Source: Octopus sinensis (taxonomy: Eukaryota). From it: a stretch of 64,000 nucleotides of DNA. This document shows, in pieces, positions 52,953-63,626 of the stretch (its first letter is position 1; each line of letters begins with the position of its first letter). The translations under genes were made by a program, and so were the position numbers. The stretch spans positions 22,754,001 to 22,818,000 of the forward strand of contig NC_042998.1 in assembly GCF_006345805.1 (NCBI RefSeq), in the 5' to 3' direction. The notes beneath the pieces were generated by a model, which saw nothing but the letters and a program-made list of their open reading frames with translations, did no database searches and was not told where the DNA came from.

Positions 52953-53116
52953 GGTGGTGGTGACAGTGGCGGTGGTGGTGGTGGTGATGATGAGGAGGAG
53001 GATGAGGAGGAGGAGGAGGATGGTGATGATGATGATGTTGATGATGATGATGACGATGATGTTGATGATGTTGATGATGTTGATGATGATGATGATGGTG
53101 ATGGTGATGATGATAG

Positions 53117-53149
<33 letters not shown>

Positions 53150-53150
53150 C
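52885..53150. repeat. (GAT)/(GGT)/(GAG) trinucleotide tract extending an RTE tail
   Basis: Follows a family C copy at 52740-52880. Confidence 0.9.
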
Positions 53151-53561
53151 AACAAACATCCACATGCTTTCTCTCTCTCTTTCTCTCTCTCTCTCTTTCG
53201 CTCTCTCTCTCTCTCACTCATTCATACACACACAGACGATAGACACAACACACGTTTATATATGTGTGTGTGTATGAATATGCATTTTACGAAGAAGTGG
53301 TGGGGTTGTGAATATGAGCTTAAAAACAATACTGTACTCCATAAGGTTATCATTCATACTTAATTCGATAATCACTATTTTCCTCCTTCTCTTCTTTCCT
53401 TTGTTCTTTTTTTTTTTCTTTCTTTCTTTTATTGATAATTAAGTTGCTTAAGGCTAAAGTAAATACTTTGACCATCTGATATTGTGATATGAGAGTTGAA
53501 AACAAATTCTTTAAGAATGATCGTGCCATGTCTTTTAGTTTGAAGCTATAGATTCCCCCTT

Positions 53562-53597
<36 letters not shown>

Positions 53598-53924
53598 TTC
53601 TTTTCCTCTTTCTCTGTTCTCTTTATATTTATGCGTGTGTGTGTGTGTGTGTGTGTGTGTTTAAGGTTGAGAGAGAGAGAGAGAGGGACGGATAGGCACA
53701 GATAACAAAGATTGGGTCTGTAATTTTATGTGTATTATCTGAATTGAAAGAAGAAACGTGTGTGTGTTTGTGTGTGTGTGTGTGTGTGTGTTTGTGTGTG
53801 CGAGATAGACATCTACACAATCTTTACCTCTCTATCTGTTTTAACAGACAACTTTACAGTGGTGGTTTGTTCTTTTATTGGTTTCCTTGATAAAGTAAAC
53901 AAAAATATTAAAATAAGAAAGAAA

Positions 53925-53929
<5 letters not shown>

Positions 53930-53980
<51 letters not shown>

Positions 53981-54026
53981 GCAGGCAGGCAGACAGACAG
54001 ATAGACAGACGGATGGATGGATCAGG

Positions 54027-54082
<56 letters not shown>

Positions 54083-54259
54083 CAGATAGATAGATAGAGA
54101 TAGATAGATAGACAGATAGATAGACAGCTAGATGGATAGATAGATAGATAGATAGATAGACAGATAGACAGATAGGTAGATAGATGGATGGATGGATGGA
54201 CGGACAGACGGACGGACGGACGGATAGACAGACAGACAGAAAGATAGATAGATAGATAA

Positions 54260-54300
<41 letters not shown>

Positions 54301-54460
54301 CAGATAGGTAGATAGATAGGTAGGTAGGTAGGTAGGTTGGTAGGTAGGTTTTTTATGGCTGGGTGGGTGGGTAGGTAGGTAATCTGATAGATAAATAGAT
54401 GGATAGATGATCTGGTAGATAGATAGACAGATAGATTGAAAGAGAGAGAGAGAGATGGAT
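53930..54460. repeat. (GATA)/(GACA)/(GGTA) tetranucleotide array
   Basis: Directly visible. Confidence 0.92.
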
Positions 54461-54955
54461 TGATGGATGGATGGGGGGAGGGAGGGGTACAGGATATTTC
54501 AGAGTCAAAAGGAAAACAAAGTGGCCGGTAATGTTATCACTTAATCTTGGCAGAAGATAAGTTCATAAAAATTCTTTCTGGTTATCATGGAGGAAAAAAT
54601 CTTAAATGTCATAATGGAAATGGTCAATAAGAGAAAACATCAATGTTTTAGCATACGTGACTCAACATAGGAGTTAACATATTTTCCTAAATGAAACAAA
54701 TCCATTCAAATGCCTTTTTTATTTCTTATTTTCTGTTTTGTTTTGGTTCTCTGCCAGACCTCTCCACATGAATTCGTATTAACTTTATTAACAACTACAA
54801 CAGTTTATGATTGTTTTTAAATACTATATTAATGATCTGGAAAACATCAGCTATCAAATAGAGTATTTTTGTTTAGTTTTGTTTTGTTTTTTTATTTTCA
54901 TTTTTTTTTTTTTTCTTTTTTTGTGTTCCTCTTATTGTAATCTCTTTATGTCTAG

Positions 54956-55050
54956 AACCTTGCATTGACATCAATGTCACCAAAATAATGGATTCCATCC
55001 AACAGGAATTCAAACTCGCCATCACAAACTACTTCCTGTCTTTGTTGTAG
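54956..55050 (+). CDS. Candidate terminal coding exon
   Basis: Long pyrimidine tract then tctAG; the only long open frame is PCIDINVTKIMDSIQQEFKLAITNYFLSLL*; AATAAA at 55158-55163. Confidence 0.35.
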
Positions 55051-55475
55051 ATTGTAAAGATACAATAAGCTATCTGGATAAGCGGAGTGTCTCTTCAGCT
55101 GATGCATGCACGACCTTACTGCGATGCACACATAACAATTGATTAACAATAACACCAAATAAAACATGTCACTGTACCCAAAGAACATCATTCAGTTTCA
55201 TAACACGCTGACACAATATAGAGCACACACAAACATGCACACACACGCACACATACACACACACGCACATGTGTTCACACAGACACACACATACAGGCAT
55301 GCACATGCACATCCCACGCTATTACCAGATTCCCTGTGCATCACATTTGACAGATGAATACCTTTTTGCACAGTCCACAGAGGATAGCTAGAACAAGCAA
55401 GTCGATGAAACTAAAGTGATTTTAGCTTCTGTGAAAGCACAAGTGTGTGTGTATATATGTGTATGTATATGTATG

Positions 55476-55509
<34 letters not shown>

Positions 55510-55543
55510 ATATATTATATATGCATGTGTGTATATATATATA

Positions 55544-55616
<73 letters not shown>

Positions 55617-56020
55617 CCAAATGAGAAAATAGAGAAATATATCTAAATCAATCATCAACCATCAGATAATACCGAATCATATACTATATTAAAACACTAC
55701 ACAATAGCAATGATATTATACATTTATACAGTACAATAATTACAATCAATATGGTGAGATATAACTAAATAAATATAACAAGACATAAAAATACATTTAC
55801 ATTGTAGCTTACAGCTGTTTCGGCCATGAAGACAGGTATGTCTCATTTAACCTATTAGCCATATAATGCAGGTATAAATGAGACATTAACAAGAATATCT
55901 TACGGCCTCTTCAGAGATTCTAATGCAAGTATCAGTACAAACCCTAAATAATTTACATATAAATATAAATATGAGTGCATACATACTCATATTCTTACAT
56001 ATATATATATACATACACAA
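55617..56020 (-). mobile_element. Penelope-type non-coding repeat family H, copy 2, with an intact hammerhead core
   Basis: CTGAAGA (55908-14), GGCC/GGCC stem II with a structured insert, GAAAC-AGCT-GTA (55810-55821). Confidence 0.7.
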
Positions 56021-56362
56021 TAAAGGGTAAAGACCCCCTTCGGTCATGAATGACCATGGGATTGCACCTAGAAAGTTACCCTCCTAGACACAAGTCCGGG
56101 CAAGGTTGTTTTTTTATGGAAGACCAGCAGTCGCCCATGCATACCAGCCTCCCCTCTCCACACCACCAGTGTTATCCAAGGGAAAGACAAAGGTCGATAC
56201 AGCTTGGCACCAGTGACGTCGCAACACATTTCTACAGCTGAGTGAACTGGAGCAACGTGAAATAAAGTGCCTTGCTCAAGAACACAACACGCAGCCCGGT
56301 CCGGGATTCGAGCTCACAACCTCACGATCGTAAGCTCGACGCTCTAACCACTGAGCCATGCG
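56021..56362 (-). mobile_element. tRNA-Arg(ACG)-like SINE with a CORE-like domain (octopus OR1/OR2 type)
   Basis: Head GCATGGCTCAGTGGTTAGAGCGTCGAGCTTACGATCGTGAGG..CTCGAATCCCGG, then TGTGTTCTTGAGCAAGGCACTT..CAGCTGTAGAAATG resembling the CORE domain. Confidence 0.75.
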
Positions 56363-56773
56363 TAATACAATATAAACAATATAAATCAATATACATCAAC
56401 AAACACAATAATGTTCCATATTGAACTCCACAGCTCCTCAACCAACATCAAGAAACCACAACAGACACACTCACACTCAAAGCAGGCATATATATTAAAC
56501 AGTTCAAAATATTAAAATGTGTCACTTCACAAAAAGCCAATAAAGTTAATACCACCACCATAGTACCATCCAAGGCAAGTGGATATCTGCATATATATGC
56601 AATAAGTTAAATTCCTCTGTTTGCATGGTATTAATTTTCACAGATGCATTCGATTGGCCTATACTTTTAAATTTGAATTACAATAGATATTTTACGGTTA
56701 ATTAGCTAGGAAACATACACGCGCCCACGCACATCCACAAAACGTGTGCACATACAGACATAGTCATATGTTT

Positions 56774-56833
<60 letters not shown>

Positions 56834-56839
<6 letters not shown>

Positions 56840-57064
56840 GAAACTGACCCTATAGGGTTCAAGAAGTCTCTGGACAGATTCCTTCAAGAAATCCCGGATA
56901 AACCCCCTACACCCGGATATGTCTCTGTAAACAATAACTCTCTACTTGAGTGGGCCATAGTGCCCAAATTCTGACTTGAAAGACTTCACCAGGTGGTGCT
57001 ATTAAGTTAGACATGGCCTGGGCCAATAATGGCCGAAACCTATCAAGTATCAAAGTATCAAAGT

Positions 57065-57066
<2 letters not shown>
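56834..57066 (+). mobile_element. LINE (Jockey/CR1 group) 3' end with a (CAAAGTAT)n-like tail
   Basis: [44 protein letters not shown], a short UTR and a repeated AAGTATC tail. Confidence 0.75.
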
Positions 57067-57095
<29 letters not shown>

Positions 57096-57228
57096 GTGTG
57101 TGTATATATATATAATGTGTATATATATATATGTATATGTATATATATGTATATGTATATATAGATATATATATATATATATATATATATGATCATGATC
57201 ATGATCATGATGATATGTATATATATTA

Positions 57229-57279
<51 letters not shown>

Positions 57280-57281
<2 letters not shown>

Positions 57282-57753
57282 TCAAATGCGATACAATAAA
57301 ATTAATTATTATCGCCGGTGTTCTAGGACACGCCATATATTATTCATATATAAGTACATTAAAAGGCGAAGTGTGAACTAGATACACAAAAGCTGGATAA
57401 ATTTAATGAGATGAAAATTAAAAACTTTTACAAACTTAGTCCTTCTTAGACTGCAGTTTCACCTATTTCAGCAATAAAAGTAATATTTATTTACTCAGGT
57501 AGGCTCTTCAGTAAGATTCCTGTTATTATGGGAAGCGCACATTAATAGAGGCACGTGCGTCTATTAAATTGCTCTTTCTAAACTATTCAAATCACTGCGC
57601 AGACTCAGAACGTACCCGACAAAATAGGGTTTACTGGTATATCGTCTAACGCTCAAAAATTTATCGAGAAAATACGTAAACAAAGTCAAATGCGATACAA
57701 TAAAATTAATTATTATCGCCGGTGTTCTAGGACACGCCATATATTATTCATAT
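57280..57753 (-). mobile_element. Retrozyme-like / non-autonomous Penelope-type element: 404-bp unit plus a 70-bp perfect terminal direct repeat
   Basis: 57280-57349 is identical to 57684-57753; non-coding; contains an intact hammerhead; abuts (TA)n. Confidence 0.75.
57444..57516 (-). ncRNA. Intact type-I hammerhead ribozyme (predicted cleavage after GUC, between 57449 and 57448)
   Basis: UCUUA-CUGAAGA-GCCUA-(34 nt)-UAGGU-GAAAC-UGCA-GUC-UAAGA: 5-bp stem I, full core, 5-bp stem II, palindromic stem III ACUGCAGU. Confidence 0.8.
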
Positions 57754-58039
57754 GTATATTATATATGATTCATATAATTCAGATGAAATAAGGAAATTCT
57801 GATGCTAAAAATCTAACAGTAATGTGAAGCTACATAATGAAGTATGTCAGCTGTCAAATGACTCCACCTGATTCCCAAAACTCTTCCCTACAAACTACAG
57901 CAAAGGACAAATTTTTTCCGAAATATTAACTAGTTGTTCCCTAGTTGCATGTAGTTCTTTAAAATCCATCAATTTTTTTTTTCTGGCCACTATTCCTCAG
58001 GGAAGTCATGGAGGTGGGGTAGAGCTCTCTGGCACCTCT

Positions 58040-58200
58040 TCCATAGGGTCCTGTCAGAAGAAACTGTTTGCTATTACACTTTCCAGCTGGATTCCCAAGG
58101 ATGACCAACTGAGACTATGAATATTATTCAACCATCTTGTTCTTGGATTACCCCTACGTTTCCTGCCAGTTAGCTTGGCTTGAAGAATCTGCTTTGCGAT
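58040..58200 (-). mobile_element. Degraded RTE-type LINE C-terminal fragment
   Basis: IAKQILQAKLTGRKRRGNPRTRWLNNIHSLSWSSLGI matches RTE G.R.RGRPRTRW.D.I. Confidence 0.65.
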
Positions 58201-58436
58201 GACATTCTAATCACGTGTTCTAATCACATGACATTCTAATCACATTCTAATCATGTGTTCTTAAAGATCACCTACATAATTATTGAAACCAGAATATCAT
58301 CCTCTTGGTCCTTTACAGAGTATAGTTCATGATGGCAATCTGATTTGATACAGTTGATATATTTAATATTTTATTTCATCTAGTTTCAGCTCACAAGCTG
58401 TGGCCATGCTAGGGCACCGCCATTAGACATATCTAA

Positions 58437-58650
58437 AGGGGCAAGCTAGCAGAACCGTTAGCACAGTGGGCAAAATGCCTAGCAGCATTTCATCAGCCTT
58501 CACATTCTGAATTAAAATTCCACCAAGGCCAACTTTGCCTTTCTTCCTTTCAGGTCAATAAAATAAGAACCAGTTGAGCAGTGGGGTCGATGTAATCGAC
58601 TTAGCCCCTTCCCGAAATTGCTGGCCTTGTGTCCAAATTTGAAACCAACA
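58437..58650 (+). mobile_element. Old SINE of family B/D type
   Basis: Head GGCAAGCTAGCAGAACCGTTAGCAC and middle CTTTGCCTTTC..GGTCAATAAAATAAG. Confidence 0.7.
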
Positions 58651-58654
58651 TATA

Positions 58655-59177
58655 CCGTAAATCTTTGAGTATAGTCTGCCCTTGAGTATAATTCGCAGGG
58701 GATTTTTAGGGGCCTGTACTTCTGAAAAACCTTAACCTTGTGTATAATACGCACCCCTTCTCTGACTTGAGTTGTGCGTAGTTAAGCCAGCAGCACCTAG
58801 TCGAACAAACACTTCCGCGCATGCGTAATACAATAATGGTGATGTTCTTAACTGTTATATGGGAATTGTAAATATGTTTGCAAATTGTTTTTGTTACATG
58901 TTATTCTGTGTTCTGAATACTTTTATTTTAATAAATGTTGCTTACTGCAAGTTATGGATGATTCTTTTATGACTTCATTGCTTTCAGGCTTAGCTTAATG
59001 TATTTTCGCGCCTGACATCACAAAATGCATCTGAATAAACATTGCCGGACAGCAAATAGAGACTCGGACATTGCTTAGAAAATATTTTTCATTTTTAACC
59101 TCGTATATAGTACACACTAGGGATTTTGACCTTTAAATTTTGGAAAAAAATTGCAGATTATACTTGAGGATTTACAG
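58655..59177. mobile_element. Tc2/pogo-like MITE with TA TSD
   Basis: TA|CCGTAAATCTTTGAGTATAGTCTGC ... GCAGATTATACTTGAGGATTTACAG|TA, imperfect 25-bp TIRs. Confidence 0.75.
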
Positions 59178-59972
59178 TAGACATATCTGCAGTACTGTCA
59201 CTCTTTTGAGTGAGCCTCTGTGCAGTTATTCTCCAGGCTATAAATGGCAGCTGAATTTCCCTCAAGTCATACACTTCTGTCTTCAAATACGAAACTACAT
59301 ACTAAATAATGTGGTTGTAGACATACACAAGAACATGACGATGAAAACAGGAATACCTTTGATCACAGGTTTGTTTGATCAGGGTTGAAGCAGGACCAAA
59401 CAAAAACAACAACATCTTTCCTGTTATTAAGACATATACAAATACACACACATGCTAAAATAGCATGTTGCCTCACTCGTTTGCAACTCCAATCTTCTGC
59501 ATGGTTAATGGCAATTTCCAATAACTTCTGAGGAATCAAGGCTGCTATATATTGATTTAATTCAAATCTCAGTTGTTCTTAAATGTGAAAAACTTCTGAA
59601 ATACTTTACTTATGCTAAAAAATAAATATATATATATATAATTTATTATCTTATGTAAAATATATTATGGAAAATTATATGCAAAAATTAAAACCATATT
59701 TTATGCTTTAACTGTTAGATATTCTCTCTTGATATTCTCTCTATCTTTAAACCTTTCATAGTTGAACAGTTATAGATAAATCTGATTGAACTGTTTACTA
59801 CATTGGTTTGAGTTGTGTTTTTTTTTTCTTTTTTCTTTTTTCATTTATCTCCAGTGTAATTTATTGAGCAGGTTCATTTTAATCTTTTTAAAATTTCTTT
59901 TTCTTGCTTTAAAAAATTTCTCAAGATTCATAATGACCTTTTTTTGTCTTCTTTTTCTTTTTTTAATTCCAG

Positions 59973-60133
59973 ACTTACAGCTAACCTATACAAATGCTGT
60001 AGATAAAAATTTGGCACCGATGACTCCGTTGCCAACCTGTCCACACAACAGTAGCAGCAATGACAGTATCGCATCAAACAGTGACCGACCTTTGGCTGGT
60101 TTCCTCAGTAAAGACATCGCTGACAAATACAGT
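59973..60133 (+). CDS. Candidate internal coding exon of an unidentified gene
   Basis: Strong pyrimidine tract then ttccAG, donor AGT|GTAAGT; 161 nt with a single open frame LQLTYTNAVDKNLAPMTPLPTCPHNSSSNDSIASNSDRPLAGFLSKDIADKYS. Confidence 0.65.
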
Positions 60134-60231
60134 GTAAGTTAACAACACACGTTTATCGTTGAGAATGAAATTGTATTTCAAAGTTTGATGTTTGCTATGA
60201 ATGAAGACATTTTTTTTTTACTCCATAACAT

Positions 60232-60454
60232 CACATAAAAAGCACTATCCGATCGTGGCTGTTTGCCAGCCTCGTCTGGCACGTAAAAAGCACCCACTAC
60301 ACTCACGGAGTGGTTGGCGTTAGGAAGGGCATCCAGCCGTAGAAACATTGCCAGATCAGACTGGGCCTGGTGCAACCTTCTGGCTTCCTAGACCCCAGTT
60401 GAACCGTCCAACCCATGCTAGCATGGAAAGCGGACGCTAAACGATGATGATGAT
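60232..60454 (+). mobile_element. RTE 3' UTR copy (family C)
   Basis: Same 3' end as 17647-18414. Confidence 0.8.
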
Positions 60455-60468
60455 CATGATCATCATCA

Positions 60469-60843
60469 TCATTGTTCGACCGTGGTCGAGACAATGGAAT
60501 TTACTATGTTACACCAGACTTCGCGGTCCATCATAGCATTACGGAGGTCCTGTTGCTGGATGCCTGTATCCCTGGAGATTACATCAGGGTAGAGTGTGTG
60601 CCCTCTGGTATCACGAGTAGATGGCTTCCAGAGGAGAAGAGTAGAAATTACCTTGTTTTCATCTCTACAACAATGTCCAGCAAACTGGACTCTTCTACCT
60701 TTCACAAGAGATGATACAGGTGGTAATTTCCCATATATTTGTACTTTGGTTGGATGACGCTTCCACGAGAGATTTTGAGCTCTCATAAGGAGGCGAGTGT
60801 AAGTTCCATCCAACTGCCTCTCCAAGAAAGCGGCAGTTCTCAT
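60469..60843 (-). mobile_element. 5'-truncated RTE-clade LINE (second family), ORF C-terminus running into a (TGA)n tail
   Basis: LDGTYTRLLMRAQNLSWKRHPTKVQIYGKLPPVSSLVKGRRVQFAGHCCR..LLLWKP..MMDREVW. Confidence 0.85.
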
Positions 60844-61034
60844 AACTATTTTTGGCCCTCCAAGAATGGTGAGACAGTATGGTTAATGCTTGATTTGAAC
60901 GTATGCAAGATGACGATCTTTCTTTCGCTTGTTTTTTGGTCTCTAAACTGCAGTAATGCTGAGGCTCCAGCTTAAAGAGTTTTAGACAAAGAAATCACTT
61001 CCACTTTAAGCATGATACTTATTCTATCTGTAGT

Positions 61035-61412
61035 GGTGGCGCAATGGCCCAGTGGTTAGGGCAGCGGACTCGCGGTCATAGGATCGCAGTTTCGATTCCC
61101 AGACCAGGTGTTGTGAGAGTTTATTGAGCGAAAACACCTAAAGCTTCATGAGGCTCCGGCAGGGGATGGTGGTGATCCCTGCTGTACTCTTTCACCACAA
61201 CTTTCTCTCACTCTTACTTCCTGTTTCTGTTGTACCTGTATTTCAAAGGGCCGGCCTTGTCACTCTCTGTGTCACGCTGAATATACCCAAGAACTACGTT
61301 AAGGGTACACGTGTCTGTGGAGTGCTCAGCCACTTACACGTTAATTTCACGAGCAGGCTGTTCCGTTGATTCGGATCAACCGGAACCCTCGCCGTCGTAA
61401 CCGACGGAGTGT
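61035..61412 (+). mobile_element. SINE family F, tail type 2
   Basis: Same head and middle as 9740-10046 up to TTCCTGTTTCT, then a different tail ending GTCGTAACCGACGGAGTG. Confidence 0.8.
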
Positions 61413-62259
61413 TTCCATCCATTCTATCTGTGTCTTTGATCAAACAGCTAAGTTACAGGAATGTAAACAAACCAACAGTGGTGGTGGTGGTAGTAGTGGT
61501 GCAGTTTTGAGGATAATAAACATAAACTTACACACACACACACACATACTGTTGAACTCTGCATAGTTTTTCTCTCTCCATTTTTTCCCTGTCAATCCTT
61601 TCTGCTGGAGAGCAAAGGCTCAAAAGGTAAAAGACTTTTCCATTTTTCCCGACTGTTAAACTAATACACCTGCTTGTTGTTCCTAGACCCGTCTTTGTCT
61701 TTTGTTTCTTCTGTAAATTTGAACCATATATATATATATGGTCGTTTGCCAGCCTCCTCTGGCCCCTGTGCTGGTGGCATGTAAAAAGCACCCACTACAC
61801 TCATGGAGTGGTTGGCGTTAGGAAGGGCATCCTGCTGTAGAAACACTGCCAGATCAGACTGGTGCCTGGTGCAGCCTCCTGACTTCACAGACCCCGGTCG
61901 AACTGTCCAGCCCATGCTAGCATGGAAAATGGACGTTAAACAATGATGATGATAAATATATATATATATATAAACACACACACACACACACACATACACA
62001 CACACACACAACAGGCTTCCTCACAGTTTCCATCTACCAAAATCACTCACATAGCATTAGTTGACCTGGAGGTATAGTAGAAGACATTTGGACAATTGCC
62101 CAAGGTGCTGCACAGTGGGACTGAACCCTAAACTGTGTGGTTGCAGTGTCAGCTTAACCCACACAACCTATCTGAAGTAAGGGCAAAAGAAGAAAAAAAA
62201 AGAAAGAAAGCAAACACGAATAGGAAGTAAATTCCTGAAGCTAGACTCTCAGGCTCCTT

Positions 62260-62578
62260 CATTGGTTGTGAAGAATGGTATCATCTGTGCAGGAATGAAC
62301 ATTTTCAGAAGTGACTCCAAGCAGGCTGTTAATGTAGAAGAGGAAGAACCTGGATGATATAACCAAGCGTTGGTGCAAATCAGAGTTGACAGAATGCGAG
62401 TCAGAGAGACCTCTATGCTATGATGGTATGATCGCATGATGGCATGGCATGGACAGGAAGCTTTCAGTCCAGTAGGTTAAAATTAATGAAGCTTATAGCA
62501 AGCAGCTTAGCTGGAAGGTTCTCATACCAGACACAGTTAAAATTATTTTGATCCGTTTGATTGCTTTCTGTTTGCTTG
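62260..62578 (-). mobile_element. Degraded CR1/Jockey-group RT fragment (partly duplicated and continued at 63300-63800)
   Basis: SHSVNSDLHQRLVISSRFFLFYINSLL..VHSCTDDTILH is a decayed SGVPQGSVLSPTLFLLYINDL..HSYADD; NNFDCVWYENLLAKLLGI is a decayed KAFD.VWH.GLL.KL..GI. Confidence 0.65.
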
Positions 62579-63240
62579 TGTGTTTACGTCCCCGTAAAAC
62601 TAGCAGTTCAGCAAAAGAGAATGATAGAATAAGTACTAGGCTTACAAAGAATGTCCTGGGGTCGATTTACTCGATTAAAGGCGGTGCTCCAGCATGACCA
62701 GTCAAATGACTGAAACAAGTAACTTAGCGGTTCGGCAAAAGAGAACGATAGAATAAGTACTAGGCTTACAAAGAATAAGTCTTGGGGTCGATTTGCTCAA
62801 TTAAAGGCGGTGCTCCAGCATAGCCACAGTCAAATGACTGAAACAAGTAACTTAGCGGTTTGGTAAAAGAGAACGATAGAATAAGTACTAGACTTACAAA
62901 GAATAAGTTTTGGGGTCGATTTGCTCAATTAAAGGCGGTGCTCCAACATGGCCACAGTCAAATGACTGAAACAAGTAACTTAGTGGTTCGGTAAAAGAGA
63001 ACGATAGAATAAGTCCTAGGCTTACAAAGAATAAGTCCTGAGGTCGATTTACTCGATTAAAGGCAGTGCTCCAGCATGGCCACAGTCAAATGACTGAAAC
63101 AAGTAACTTAGCGGTTCGGGAAAAGAGAACGATAGAATAAGTACTAGGCTTACAAAGAATAAGTCCTGGGGTCAATTTACTCGATTAAAGGCAGTGCTCC
63201 AGCATAGCCACAATCAAATGACTGAAACAAGTAAAAGAGT
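62577..63240 (+). repeat. Five tandem 128-bp units of the SINE A 3' end
   Basis: Unit starts at 62721, 62849, 62977 and 63105 (first unit from about 62597); junction GAAACAA-GTAA-CTTAG. Confidence 0.92.
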
Positions 63241-63394
63241 AGAGTAACCATCCTTGAATCAACCCCTAATTCTTTCACTGTTAACACGGGGTTCTGCTGG
63301 AACGTGGATGATATAACCAAGTCTTGGTGCAAGTCAGAGTTGACAGAATGTGAGTCAGAGAGACCTCTATGCTATGATGGTATGATTGTATGAT

Positions 63395-63626
63395 CGGCGA
63401 GCTGGCAGACAAGTTAGCACGCCGGGTGAAATGCCTAACGGTATTCCATCTGTTGTTACATTCTGAGTTCAAATTCCTCCGAGGTCGACTTTGCCTTTCA
63501 TCCTTTCGGGGTCGATAAATTAAGTACCAGTTTCGCACTTGGGGTCGATCTAATCAACTTAATCCCTTTGTCTGTCCTTGTTTGTCCCCTCTATGTTTAA
63601 CCCCTTGTGGGCAATAAAGAAATAGA
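63395..63626 (+). mobile_element. SINE family B with a 14-bp TSD; empty paralogous site at about 62425
   Basis: TATGATTG(T/C)ATGAT at 63381-63394 and 63627-63640. Confidence 0.9.

Noticed and set aside
56290-56362. tRNA gene calls at tRNA-like heads (also 32331, 35598, 61035)
   Set aside because: They continue straight into SINE bodies and lack a proper acceptor stem.
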